DNA from: an uncultured Gammaproteobacteria bacterium
GTDB lineage: Bacteria; Patescibacteriota; Microgenomatia; Levybacterales; GWA1-39-11
Length of the DNA: 64,000 bases
Assembly (NCBI GenBank): GCA_964531275.1
Contig: CAZHDZ010000004.1
Location: 73,887 to 137,886, forward strand
Reading direction: 5' to 3'
The notes beneath the pieces are model-generated. The model saw only the letters and a program-made list of their open reading frames with translations, was not told the origin of the DNA and searched no databases. Shown here piece after piece: positions 9,625 to 19,427 of this stretch. Position 1 is the first letter of the stretch; each line of letters opens with the position of its first letter. Position numbers and translations under genes: made by a program.

Positions 9625-11481
9625 TTAACTCACTTTTACATAAAGACGTCTTACCCCACGGGCAACGCCTTCTTCCTTAAGTATATCAAATGACTGGATA
9701 AGATCTGTATGCTCAACATGAGGACCTCCACAGAACTCTATGGAATAAGCTTTCTCTTTTTCTGAGTGTGGGTTTGGCCCGCCAATAAAGTATATTTTTA
9801 CGTCTTTTGCATATTTGTCATCAAATAACCCGATTGCTCCTAGGTCTCGAGCCTTCTGAAGAGGCATAATCTCAAAATGCACAGAAAGATCTTCTGCTAT
9901 TTTCTTATCTACAATTTCCTTAACTTTTTGCAATTCTTCTGGGGTTACTTTTTTATCATATGTAAAATCGAATCGCACTCTTTCTGACGTGATATTACTT
10001 CCCGTCTGATGCACTGAGTCCCCCAGAATGTCACGAAGGGCCTGATGCATGAGATGTGTCGCTGTATGCCCTTTAACAGTTAATTCTGAATGGTCTGCAA
10101 GACCACCAGCAAATTTTTGCGATGAACCAGCTCGAGAATTTTCCTGATGCTTTTTAATAAGCTCTGAAAGCTCTTTATCATCAAATGTATACCCAAGGCT
10201 TTTAAGCTGAGTTGGACCAAGACCATAGCTTGCCATAGATTTAAATGCTAAATCTGCAGAAATTAATGTAACTCCCATTAATTCATCTCCAACAGTTACT
10301 TCTTCGGTAATTCTTGATAACTCTTTTTCTATAAGCTTTTTTCCGCCAGCGAGTGCTTTTTGATATGTCTGCTCCTCTTCAAGAATTATATTTTTAATCT
10401 CGATGAACTGGTCTTTAAGAATCGGATCAGTAGGAGCATATTGCTCTACAATTTTTTCCAAGACCGACGAAATGTCTTTTCCAGAAAGTAGGTAGAAATT
10501 ATCTAGTCCTCTTCTTATTAAGCGGCGCAGAATATACCCTTGTTCTTTGTTTGAAGGTTTTACTCCATTCGATGCAATAAAAATGGAAGCAGTCATATGA
10601 TCCAAAACAATTCTCATTTCACGAAATTCCTTCGCATAATCTTTACCTGTAATCTCTGCTATTTTTTCAATAATTGGATAGAAAAGACTTGATCTAAATA
10701 CATCTTGCTTGTTCTCGGTAGCAGCAACGAGTCGCTCAAGACCTCCACCAAAATCTACATTTTGTTTTGGTAGATCTTCAAATCCATTTTCGGTCTTGAT
10801 GTATTGCATAAATACCGAATTGCCAATTTCCAAATATCTTCCGCAATCACAATTTACATGACAATGTAAATTCTTAAATGGGCTATTCTCATGAAGTCCT
10901 AATTCCTCCCCAAAGTCATAAAACATTTCGCTATCAGGTCCACCTGGCTCTCCATTTGGCATCTTATCTGGAGTTCCTGCACGAGACCACCAATTCTTCT
11001 CAACACCATATTCAAAGATTTTATCTTTTGGGTCTAGGCCTTTTTTTGTAAAAAGTTCTTTCCAAATTTCAATACTCTCGGTGTCTTTTTCAACTGTATC
11101 CGATCCCTCAAAAACAGTGACAAATAATTTCTTTGGATCAAGATTTAATTCTTCTGTTAAGAATTCAAAAAACCAAGGAAGTTGTTCTTTCTTAAAATAA
11201 TCTCCAAGAGACCAATTTCCAAGCATTCTAAAAAATGTTGTATGTCTGTTATCTCCTATTTCATCGATATCTTGAGCGCGAAAACTATTTTGAGCATTTA
11301 CTAATCTTTTTCCAGAAGGATGCTCTTCGCCGAGAAGAAATGGTACAAGCGGTTGCATTCCTGATGATGTAAAAAGAGTTGTCGGGTCATTCTGTGGCAC
11401 GAGTGAAGAATTCTCAATGCGTGCGTGTCCACGCTTTTCAAAAAATGAAATGTATTTATTAAGAATTTCTGAAGCTGTCAT
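9625..11481 (-). CDS. alaS: Alanine--tRNA ligase (short form, 618 aa).
   Basis: Class II AlaRS motifs FTSSGMQPLVPF and RHTTFFRMLGNWSLGDYFK. Editing-domain HTATHLMHQALRDILG. Confidence 0.9.
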   Translation of the reverse strand: MTASEILNKYISFFEKRGHARIENSSLVPQNDPTTLFTSSGMQPLVPFLLGEEHPSGKRLVNAQNSFRAQDIDEIGDNRHTTFFRMLGNWSLGDYFKKEQLPWFFEFLTEELNLDPKKLFVTVFEGSDTVEKDTESIEIWKELFTKKGLDPKDKIFEYGVEKNWWSRAGTPDKMPNGEPGGPDSEMFYDFGEELGLHENSPFKNLHCHVNCDCGRYLEIGNSVFMQYIKTENGFEDLPKQNVDFGGGLERLVAATENKQDVFRSSLFYPIIEKIAEITGKDYAKEFREMRIVLDHMTASIFIASNGVKPSNKEQGYILRRLIRRGLDNFYLLSGKDISSVLEKIVEQYAPTDPILKDQFIEIKNIILEEEQTYQKALAGGKKLIEKELSRITEEVTVGDELMGVTLISADLAFKSMASYGLGPTQLKSLGYTFDDKELSELIKKHQENSRAGSSQKFAGGLADHSELTVKGHTATHLMHQALRDILGDSVHQTGSNITSERVRFDFTYDKKVTPEELQKVKEIVDKKIAEDLSVHFEIMPLQKARDLGAIGLFDDKYAKDVKIYFIGGPNPHSEKEKAYSIEFCGGPHVEHTDLIQSFDILKEEGVARGVRRLYVKVS

Positions 11482-11525
11482 GTAGTAGGTATTGTAGCAG
11501 AATGAGGTAAAAAACTCGAGAAGGT

Positions 11526-12137
11526 CTACTGATGTTCTGGAATGACTCCCGCATCCCCACCAAATCCATATTGCTGAATAATACCCGTTAGCTCACTTAC
11601 GCTTGGCAATGTGTTCGCGACATTATAGTAATCTGCGGGAGACAGGGTTGTACATTTATTTTGCTGTGCGCCTTCAGCAGCACGCCAAAGTAGTCCGCAA
11701 ATTTGGGGATCAACATTCAAGAAGGGATCTATCCCTTCGCCTTGTGGAATAGATCGGCTTTTGAGCTCAGCCCTGCCCGCCTCAATATCTACAGTTAGAC
11801 CAAGCCCTCTTGCCCTCACCTCATCAAGAGCCTCTTTTACTTCTGGGCTTTCATAGGCCGCAAGCATAACGTGCTCTGGCAACAATACTGCGTGTCCAAG
11901 AGCTGCCGCTTCGTCTTCAGCCTTAATGAGAGTTCTTATCATCTCATCTGAAAATGTTGGCATGTCAACTTGAGCGAGCCTTTCGTTGAGAAGAGTAAAG
12001 ATTACATGTGGTTGTCTTTCTGCACTTTCCTCAAACTCAGCTCCATTTGCAGTAATTGTTGGAGGTCCACCAGCACCCTCCATTCGGGTTTCGGTTTGAT
12101 AAATATGTGGTTGTCTTTCTAGTAACGCTGCGCTCAT
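11526..12137 (-). CDS. Stand-alone Clp N-terminal (Clp_N) domain protein.
   Basis: Clp_N repeat-like segments (LGHAVLLPEHVMLAAYESPEVKEALDEVRARGL). Two ERQPH motifs. GC visibly higher than flanking DNA. Confidence 0.55.
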   Translation of the reverse strand: MSAALLERQPHIYQTETRMEGAGGPPTITANGAEFEESAERQPHVIFTLLNERLAQVDMPTFSDEMIRTLIKAEDEAAALGHAVLLPEHVMLAAYESPEVKEALDEVRARGLGLTVDIEAGRAELKSRSIPQGEGIDPFLNVDPQICGLLWRAAEGAQQNKCTTLSPADYYNVANTLPSVSELTGIIQQYGFGGDAGVIPEHQ

Positions 12138-12167
12138 ACAGACATACTATTATACACGGTAAAATTA

Positions 12168-12647
12168 CTACCGTAACTCTTTTAATCGTTCGTCAAGATT
12201 TCTTGAGCTATTATTCTCAAACGCTATATGAGACACACTAACTTCCTCCCACTTTTTCATATAATCATCCAGTAAATTTTCACCAAAAAAATGATTTTTT
12301 CTTTGTGAAATTCTTTTTTTGTGAACAATTGATGGTGCAGTCACTAAAATGAGCTTGATCTGGCCAGAAAAAGCACTTAGAACATATTCTCGAGATGTAT
12401 TATCTGGAAGACTATCCCCTAGAGCAATGTTGTCGTGATGCTTTTGAAGCTTTTTTATATGATCTATAATTCGCTCAAGCTTTAATAGCCTATCCTGCCT
12501 CGTGAACTTTTTATTCAATAATTTCTCTCTATCTTCATCTGTTAAAAAATCGTCGGCATCAAGATAAGAAAATTTTTCAATTACAGCTAACCTCTTCGCG
12601 CAATAATCTTTCCCAATTCCAGGAAATCCAAAAAACCAATAAATCAT
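12168..12647 (-). CDS. P-loop NTPase / small nucleotide-kinase-like protein.
   Basis: Walker A motif GFPGIGKDY near the N-terminus. 159 aa. Confidence 0.5.
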   Translation of the reverse strand: MIYWFFGFPGIGKDYCAKRLAVIEKFSYLDADDFLTDEDREKLLNKKFTRQDRLLKLERIIDHIKKLQKHHDNIALGDSLPDNTSREYVLSAFSGQIKLILVTAPSIVHKKRISQRKNHFFGENLLDDYMKKWEEVSVSHIAFENNSSRNLDERLKELR

Positions 12648-12663
12648 ACTCCAACATTATAAT

Positions 12664-13119
12664 ATGCCTTACCTATGGTACAATCCGCCTATGAATTTCG
12701 AGCGTTTTAGAACTTCAAAATCAAACATGCTAAGAAACTCTGCATATAGCATTGGCATTGCGGGAAGCATCTGCTTAGGTGGTGGATTAGTTGGTGCAAT
12801 AAATTCTCGTAGTGAAATGAGGGATGGTCTCTCTCAATTTGAAAGTGCACACCTCGTAAGTGACCAAACCCCATACCCTGCAACAGATTTGGATAGAAAA
12901 ATGTACAAAAAGTTAACATTTGATCCTTATGTCGGTGAAAGTGGACTTACGAGCCTTACCCCTAATCAGCATGAATTTTTAACTGATGCTTATGAGAGCA
13001 AGCTTGACTACGATGTATTTATTAACCTAATGGGAGCTGGCGCAGTATTAATACTACCGGGATTGGTATGTATTGCAAATGAACTTAATTCTTGTGCAGC
13101 GCAAAAAAATATTAGATAA
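12664..13119 (+). CDS. Hypothetical membrane protein.
   Basis: 151-aa ORF with two hydrophobic segments. It is the only plus-strand gene in a long minus-strand block. Confidence 0.35.
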   Translation: MPYLWYNPPMNFERFRTSKSNMLRNSAYSIGIAGSICLGGGLVGAINSRSEMRDGLSQFESAHLVSDQTPYPATDLDRKMYKKLTFDPYVGESGLTSLTPNQHEFLTDAYESKLDYDVFINLMGAGAVLILPGLVCIANELNSCAAQKNIR

Positions 13120-13735
13120 ATTCTTTAAGTGGGCAATCAACGTGTTTGCATGATGCTTTACAATACACCCTTCCGTAATAGATCATGCCAAGTCCAAATT
13201 CACGCCAATCTTTTTGAGGGATAATTGCCATCAAATCTTTCTCAATTTTTACTGGATCCTTCTGAGAAGAAAGTCCAAATAAATTTGACAGCCTTCTGAC
13301 ATGAGTATCAACAACAACTCCCTCTGATTTTCCAAATGCTTCCTGCAAAATTACATTGGCTGTTTTACGTCCTATAAATGGTAAGGCAATTAGCTCCTCC
13401 ATGGTCTGTGGCATATTGCCGTTATATTTTTCAGTCACTATTTTTGCTGCTTCAAGAATTGCTTTTGCTTTTCCTTTATGGAAATTTATACTTTTAATAT
13501 CCTGATCAAATGCTTCAAAAGTTGCCTTGTAATAATCATCTAATTTTTTATATTTCTTAAAAAGGGTCTCAGTTACCTTATTTACCCCAACATCTGTCTG
13601 CTGGGCTGACAACGCTACTGCTACATATAATTCCCAAGGATTTGAGTGCACAAGGGGAGTCTTTGGATCTGGAAAAAGTTTCTTAAGCTCTTCAGTAATT
13701 TTGATAGCCTTTGTTTTTGTATCCATATCAACCAA
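13112..13735 (-). CDS. nth: Endonuclease III (HhH-GPD DNA glycosylase/lyase).
   Basis: HhH-GPD signature LIALPFIGRKTANVILQEAFG, preceded by LSAQQTDVGVNKVT. C-terminal Cys cluster CKASCKHVDCP. Confidence 0.8.
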   Translation of the reverse strand: MVDMDTKTKAIKITEELKKLFPDPKTPLVHSNPWELYVAVALSAQQTDVGVNKVTETLFKKYKKLDDYYKATFEAFDQDIKSINFHKGKAKAILEAAKIVTEKYNGNMPQTMEELIALPFIGRKTANVILQEAFGKSEGVVVDTHVRRLSNLFGLSSQKDPVKIEKDLMAIIPQKDWREFGLGMIYYGRVYCKASCKHVDCPLKEFI

Positions 13736-14681
13736 TTATACCTGCAAGAACGGAGGCTAACTTTTCAGAATCATGTCTTAAAAATTGTCCGTCTCGTAAA
13801 AGGTCGGCTCTCACAATATTTTCATTTTTCAAATTATCTTCAACGAATTCCACTTGCTCTTCTTCATATCTTTTCACAATATCCCCCGTTGGACGATTAG
13901 TATTTACAGTTACAATATCGATCCTTCCTTTTCCAATATACTCTTCCATTCTTCCTACAAAATCCTGAGCTTTAAAGCCGTTGGTCTCTCCAAATTTAGT
14001 CATGATATTTACGTTATATATAACCTTTGCTTTCGACTTTCCAATTGCATCAGACACCCCCTCAACTACAAGATTCGGCAAAATACTAGTAAATACATCT
14101 CCTGGACCTAAAATAATTACATCAGCCTTTTCTATAGCCAATATTGCTTCAGGGTTTGCGGTAGCTGTAGGCTCAAGATGCACTTCTTTTATCTGTAGTT
14201 TTCCATCGTGTTTTGGAATGTCGATGTTTGTTTCACCCTCAATCGCTTTCCCATTCGTAAGTGTTGCGATAAGCCTAGTCCTTGTAAAAGTGACAGGCAA
14301 AACTTGACCCTTGATATTGAGTATTTCTCCCGCTTCTTTTACCCCCTTACCAAAGTCCCCAGTTATTTTTTCAAGTGCGGTTAGCAGAAGGTTACCAAGA
14401 CTATGCCCCTTAAGAGATGATTCTTCATCAAAGCGGAAATTGAAGAGTTCTGATAATATTTTTCTGTTGGAATCTGAAAGGGCAATTAATGCACGACGTA
14501 TATCTCCTGGAGGTAACGTCCCAAATTCCTCTCGAAGTACTCCGGTTGATCCACCATCGTCAGACATGCTAACTATTGCAGAAAGGTCGTATGGATACTC
14601 ACGCAGACCCGATAGGACAGTGTATCCTCCCGTTCCGCCGCCAATGAATACTACGCGCTTCATATTTTTCTTTGGAATCAT
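13728..14681 (-). CDS. YvcK/CofD-family protein (UPF0052, gluconeogenesis factor-like).
   Basis: N-terminal VVFIGGGTGGYTVLSGL and SDDGGSTGVLR motifs are diagnostic of the YvcK/CofD family. Confidence 0.8.
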   Translation of the reverse strand: MIPKKNMKRVVFIGGGTGGYTVLSGLREYPYDLSAIVSMSDDGGSTGVLREEFGTLPPGDIRRALIALSDSNRKILSELFNFRFDEESSLKGHSLGNLLLTALEKITGDFGKGVKEAGEILNIKGQVLPVTFTRTRLIATLTNGKAIEGETNIDIPKHDGKLQIKEVHLEPTATANPEAILAIEKADVIILGPGDVFTSILPNLVVEGVSDAIGKSKAKVIYNVNIMTKFGETNGFKAQDFVGRMEEYIGKGRIDIVTVNTNRPTGDIVKRYEEEQVEFVEDNLKNENIVRADLLRDGQFLRHDSEKLASVLAGIIG

Positions 14682-15349
14682 TTACTTAAGAGCTTGGTGT
14701 AGCCACCTTTATATTTGGGGTGTTCTTTCTTGTAATCGTCTCCATGTCCAATATCTTCAACAATCGGAATGTTCCGACTGCAAAGTCCTGTCTTTGCACA
14801 ATCTTCTGGGAACCATGTCTCATAAAAAATGTCAGCAAGTTTTACGAATTTTTTAACCCCCATTGCCTCAGCGCTGACACCTTTATTTGCAGCAACTGCT
14901 CCAACTCCTACAATTTTTCCACCCGCATTATTTACCGTCTCAATCGTTGCTTTGATTGAGGACATTTGGTTGATAATGTCTTCAAGAATTAATACTCTTT
15001 TACCTTTTACAGCCTCAGCAAACCCTTGTCTTTCAAATGCGAATGTCTTTACCTGAGCTCCCTTTACCTTATCTGCCCACACACCCAAAACTTCCTTTTT
15101 TGTTAACTTAGAAAGATGATATGCACCCCAATGTGAAAATGGAATTGCACCGACTGCAGGAGAGACAATTGTTTCAATTTTGTCATCTTTAAATGGTGTA
15201 ACTAGTTGCTTTATTAACTTATTTACTAACAGAACATGAACCATGAGAGGATCAATATTGCAGTAACCAGCAAGATGCTTTCCGCTTGTACCTACAAAAT
15301 GTCCTTCATAGATACATCCAATTTTTTCTAATTCTTTTTTGGCGTTCAT
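14678..15349 (-). CDS. pyrE: Orotate phosphoribosyltransferase-like type I PRTase.
   Basis: GHFVGTSGKH substrate loop and PRPP-binding motif VLILEDIINQMSS. Adjacent to pyrF. Confidence 0.65.
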   Translation of the reverse strand: MNAKKELEKIGCIYEGHFVGTSGKHLAGYCNIDPLMVHVLLVNKLIKQLVTPFKDDKIETIVSPAVGAIPFSHWGAYHLSKLTKKEVLGVWADKVKGAQVKTFAFERQGFAEAVKGKRVLILEDIINQMSSIKATIETVNNAGGKIVGVGAVAANKGVSAEAMGVKKFVKLADIFYETWFPEDCAKTGLCSRNIPIVEDIGHGDDYKKEHPKYKGGYTKLLSK

Positions 15350-15363
15350 TAGAACAGATTATA

Positions 15364-16170
15364 TCACTTAGCAAGACCCGCGTTAATTTGGTCGCGAAGG
15401 TTCTCAGTTTCGGCACGCGCTACACGGGCAAAATCGGGTCCATTTGATGCAAAAATAATACCCCGTGAAGAACTTATTATGAAATTTTTCTTAACTGCCT
15501 TCACCGTCTCTATGACATCTCCTCCCTGCGCTCCAACTCCGGGAATAAGTATTGGAATTTTGCTAGAAATATCTCTTACCTTCTTAAGCTCTCGAGGATA
15601 CGTTGCGCCAACAACTAGTCCAACGTTATCTTTCATATTCCAATGATTAGCTACTTGGAATGCTACTTTTTCGTAAAGTAACGTGTTGCTTGTTTCTAGG
15701 TCTTGAAATTCCCCAGCTCCTGGATTTGAAGTTCTACAAAGAACAAAAACCCCCTTGTCTGCATCATTTATGAATGGGTCTAGAGCTTCTTGTCCCAAAT
15801 AGGGATGAACTGTAATTGAATCTGTTTGCAAGTACTCAAATGCAAACTTCTTATACCCTTCATTTGTATTGCCAATATCAGCTCGTTTTGCATCAAAAAT
15901 AATCACAATATCAGGGTAATTTTTAACTATATAGGAGGTAGTCAAATGAAGCTGCTCTACACCCGAAGCTCCTTCTGCTTCATAAAATGCTGAGTTAGGC
16001 TTATAGGCAGCCACTAAATCGTGTGTGGCATCAATTATTGCCTTATTGAATTCAAAAATTTTATTTCTAGAAGGCACCGCGCTTGGTATTTTTTCAACAA
16101 CAGGATCAAGCCCAATACATACGAATTTTCCTTCACTCCACTTGTTCTTTAGTTTGTCGATAAATTTCAT
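15364..16170 (-). CDS. pyrF: Orotidine 5'-phosphate decarboxylase (type 2).
   Basis: Motifs FVCIGLDP and IIFDAKRADIGNT (catalytic Lys/Asp). Confidence 0.8.
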   Translation of the reverse strand: MKFIDKLKNKWSEGKFVCIGLDPVVEKIPSAVPSRNKIFEFNKAIIDATHDLVAAYKPNSAFYEAEGASGVEQLHLTTSYIVKNYPDIVIIFDAKRADIGNTNEGYKKFAFEYLQTDSITVHPYLGQEALDPFINDADKGVFVLCRTSNPGAGEFQDLETSNTLLYEKVAFQVANHWNMKDNVGLVVGATYPRELKKVRDISSKIPILIPGVGAQGGDVIETVKAVKKNFIISSSRGIIFASNGPDFARVARAETENLRDQINAGLAK

Positions 16171-16226
16171 ATAAATACAAAAAAAACTGCCAGGGGCAGC
16201 TTTAACATATATATACCATATCTTTA

Positions 16227-16520
16227 TTAGCTTTTCCTAATTCCTTTAAACAGTCTTTTCCTTCGAGATAAAGCTTCTTCAGATGACTGTTTCGTTGGTC
16301 CCTTGGCTGCATCCATTTCACCGCTCATCACTTCTTCTTCCTCATCATTAAGAATTGTTTCTATATCATCAAGATTAATTGTGTTACCCACATAATCAAG
16401 GCCATAATCAGCAATATCTTTTAGAATTTTACGCCCCTTTTTGGTACTGATCAGTGCGCCGATTGCACCCCCGATTATAAGTCCTAACAATAATCCACTT
16501 GGTCCTTTTTTCTCATTCAT
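16227..16520 (-). CDS. YtxH-like small membrane protein.
   Basis: N-terminal glycine-zipper TM (LLLGLIIGGAIGALIS) followed by a charged helix. Confidence 0.5.
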   Translation of the reverse strand: MNEKKGPSGLLLGLIIGGAIGALISTKKGRKILKDIADYGLDYVGNTINLDDIETILNDEEEEVMSGEMDAAKGPTKQSSEEALSRRKRLFKGIRKS

Positions 16521-16522
16521 AG

Positions 16523-16786
16523 TTATTCCTTTCTTCTCCTAAAAAGTGACACGATACTCGCCAAGGACCCAATAGCCGATGCTCCACCAAACATATTGGA
16601 GAAAGACTCAATCTGACTTGTAACATTTGTTGAGATGTTCTCAGCATTTTCAAGAATATTATTCGTACGACGAATTGTCTGGCGAAGATCCTTGAGGATA
16701 TAGAAGACCTGAATTCCCAATACTACAAAGAGAATCGTTAAAAGAACGATAACAAAAAGTAGTACAGCTTGGACAGTATCTATCAT
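16523..16786 (-). CDS. DUF948/YtxH-like small membrane protein.
   Basis: 87 aa with an N-terminal TM and a coiled segment. Overlaps its neighbour by a TGA/ATG junction. Confidence 0.45.
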   Translation of the reverse strand: MIDTVQAVLLFVIVLLTILFVVLGIQVFYILKDLRQTIRRTNNILENAENISTNVTSQIESFSNMFGGASAIGSLASIVSLFRRRKE

Positions 16787-16891
16787 AATTAGCAGTCTAA
16801 CACGTTATCATGTGAAAATTTCAAAATCAATATACACCAACTAGTTCAAATCAGTACAAATATAGGTCACTTTCTTGATATACTGAATGTT

Positions 16892-17797
16892 ATGCATCCA
16901 CTAGTTGTTGAAAATTTAACAAAAACATATGGCGACTTTAAGGCCGTTGATTCTATCTCTTTTAACCTCGCGGAGGGTGAAATCTTGGGTTTTTTAGGTC
17001 CAAATGGAGCTGGCAAAACAACGACTCTTCAAATGCTTATTGGATCACTAAAACCAACTGATGGAAATATTCTGTATTTTGGTAAATCTCTTTTTACTAA
17101 TCGTGAAGAAATCCTTGAGCGCATTAATTATTCTACTGCATACACAAGTCTTCCTTGGAATTTATCAGTTGAAGAAAATCTAACGTTTATTTCCCATCTG
17201 TATTCAATTAAAAATAGAAAGAAACAGCTTGAAAAGATCGTTGAGACATTTAAGCTTTCAACTCTAATGAAAAGAAGAGTGGAAGGTCTGTCGGCCGGTC
17301 AAAAAACTCGAGTAAATCTTGCTAAAGCCTTTATAAATTCACCCAAAGTACTCCTTTTAGACGAACCTACAGCATCTCTTGATCCAGATATAGCAAAATA
17401 TATTAGAGATTTTATTTTAGATCAAAGGAAGGAAGACAAAGTTTCTGTGATTTTTACCTCACACAACATGAATGAGGTTGAAGAAATATGTGACAGGGTT
17501 ATTTTTATCAATGGAGGAAAGATAATCGCAAATGACACACCTATGCAGTTGGCCAAAAAAATTGATGCCGTCGAGATAGAATTATTACCTCAGGACTTAG
17601 TAGCTACTTCTGAATTTTGCAAAAAAAATAACATTTCTTTTACTAACGAAAAGAGACATATAAAAATTGCGACAATAGAAAAAAATATCGTCAAAATTCT
17701 TCGCATGCTTTCTGAAAATAATATCGAATATGATGAAATTAGCATAAACAAACCTACTCTTGAAGACTATTTTTTAAAAGTATCACTTAATAAATAA
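16892..17797 (+). CDS. ABC transporter ATP-binding protein (ABC-2 type).
   Basis: Walker A GPNGAGKTTT, signature LSAGQKTRV, Walker B LLLDEPTASLD. Confidence 0.85.
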   Translation: MHPLVVENLTKTYGDFKAVDSISFNLAEGEILGFLGPNGAGKTTTLQMLIGSLKPTDGNILYFGKSLFTNREEILERINYSTAYTSLPWNLSVEENLTFISHLYSIKNRKKQLEKIVETFKLSTLMKRRVEGLSAGQKTRVNLAKAFINSPKVLLLDEPTASLDPDIAKYIRDFILDQRKEDKVSVIFTSHNMNEVEEICDRVIFINGGKIIANDTPMQLAKKIDAVEIELLPQDLVATSEFCKKNNISFTNEKRHIKIATIEKNIVKILRMLSENNIEYDEISINKPTLEDYFLKVSLNK

Positions 17798-17798
17798 T

Positions 17799-18584
17799 AT
17801 GAAGCTATCTCGAATTTTTGGAATGGTATTAAGACACTTCTTTAACTTAAGAAGAAGTTTTGATCGTCTCAGTGACGTGTTTTATTGGCCCGTGTTAGAT
17901 ATTGTTATCTGGGGACTAACCGGATACTATATTGTTTCCCTTGCTCCCAACTCCTCTGTGCAAATCAATGCAATTATTTGCGGGGTCCTTTTATGGATCA
18001 TCCCTTGGAGAGCACAAAATGAAGTGGCAATAAATGTACTTGCGGAGTTATGGGATAGAAATCTACCTAACATTTTCGTAACCCCTCTTAAATTCTCCGA
18101 GTGGATCTCTGCTCTTTTTATTATGGGTGTTATTAAGGGGGCAATTAGTCTTGCATTTGCCTCACTTGTCGCATTTGTTATGTATGGAGTCAATATTTTT
18201 ATTTATGGTCCATATTTACTACTATTTGCTATCGTGTTATTTGGTTTTGGGTGTACAATCGGGCTTCTAGTAAGCTCAGTTGTTCTGAGATTTGGATCCA
18301 GAATCCAGACTCTCGCGTGGACTGTTCCATGGGCTGTTGCGCCATTTTCAGCAATTTATTTCCCAGTTTCGATTCTTCCTCAATGGGGACAATCTATAGC
18401 GCATGTCCTGCCCTCCAGCTACATATATGAAACAGGCAGACAACTTATTTTTGAAAAAACATTTAACTGGGGTGCGTACGGTATGAGCCTTGCTTTATGC
18501 ACAATATATTTTGTAATATCGCTTATTATCTTTCATTGGAGTTATAAAAAAGCGCTTGAGAAAGGCCTACAAAGTATTAACTAG
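17799..18584 (+). CDS. ABC-2 family transporter permease.
   Basis: Six predicted TM helices. Immediately follows the ABC ATPase. Confidence 0.7.
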   Translation: MKLSRIFGMVLRHFFNLRRSFDRLSDVFYWPVLDIVIWGLTGYYIVSLAPNSSVQINAIICGVLLWIIPWRAQNEVAINVLAELWDRNLPNIFVTPLKFSEWISALFIMGVIKGAISLAFASLVAFVMYGVNIFIYGPYLLLFAIVLFGFGCTIGLLVSSVVLRFGSRIQTLAWTVPWAVAPFSAIYFPVSILPQWGQSIAHVLPSSYIYETGRQLIFEKTFNWGAYGMSLALCTIYFVISLIIFHWSYKKALEKGLQSIN

Positions 18585-18787
18585 TCCCGATGCTTCAATA
18601 GTTCTTCTTGCGTTCTTTCGCTTCCCGTTTTTGAATCGATTACGATATAAAAAAGCGCTTGAGAAAGGCCTACAAAGTATTAACTAGTCCCGATGCTTCA
18701 ATAGTTCTTCTTGCGTTCTTTCGCTTCCCGTTTTTGAATCGATTACGATATAAAAAAGCGCTTGAGAAAGGCCTACAAAGTATTAGT
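18543..18787. repeat. Perfect tandem repeat of a 103-bp unit (2.4 copies) covering the last 14 codons plus stop of the permease gene and the convergent intergenic spacer.
   Basis: The unit TATAAAAAAGCGCTTGAGAAAGGCCTACAAAGTATTAACTAG...GAATCGATTACGA starts at 18543, 18646 and 18749. The third copy is truncated at the stop codon of the convergent minus-strand gene. Confidence 0.9.
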
Positions 18788-19413
18788 TAACGGACAGTAA
18801 CATTCAGAATCTTTCGTGTGTTTTTTCCATTTCTATTTTTTGAATCGATTACTATTTGTCTTTGTCCCTCAAATAAATAGAGTGTTTTTTTAAATGTACC
18901 ATCAAGCGAGACATAAGATTCTTGATTGTTAATAAGAACCGTTGCGTATGGATCGGTTTTGCCGCTTACATCAACAATATTATTTCTCACAACTATTTTG
19001 TCTTTAGGAGAAATTACTTCAAGTCTTGGACCTAAGAAGAACGAACTGTATTGCAAGCCAATATAACCAAATATAACAAGCACTACAAGACCAATAATAA
19101 TATTTCGTGGGGTAAGAATAACAATACGTTTTACACTTTTCTCCTGACTCTTGAATGTCGGAAGCATCTTATTCTTGCTACCCTCATATTCACGTCTAAA
19201 AAGTGCTGCCGCCTTCACTTTGTCTATACCTAAAAGAGACGCATAATTTTTAACAAATCCTAAAGCATAACTTTCAGAAGGAAGCTTTTCATATTCACCA
19301 TTTTCGATAGCAATAATAAATAGTTTTTTTATTTTTGTTGCCCTAACAACTTGATCAACAGAATATCCTTTCTCAATACGAGTATCGGAAAGTATCTCAG
19401 AAATTTTTCTCAT
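18787..19413 (-). CDS. RodZ-like HTH (XRE-type) membrane protein.
   Basis: N-terminal helix-turn-helix (GYSVDQVVRATKIKKLFIIAIENGEYEKLPSESYALGFVKNYA), a central TM helix and a C-terminal beta-rich domain. Confidence 0.55.
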   Translation of the reverse strand: MRKISEILSDTRIEKGYSVDQVVRATKIKKLFIIAIENGEYEKLPSESYALGFVKNYASLLGIDKVKAAALFRREYEGSKNKMLPTFKSQEKSVKRIVILTPRNIIIGLVVLVIFGYIGLQYSSFFLGPRLEVISPKDKIVVRNNIVDVSGKTDPYATVLINNQESYVSLDGTFKKTLYLFEGQRQIVIDSKNRNGKNTRKILNVTVR

Positions 19414-19427
19414 AAATATAATGCGTT

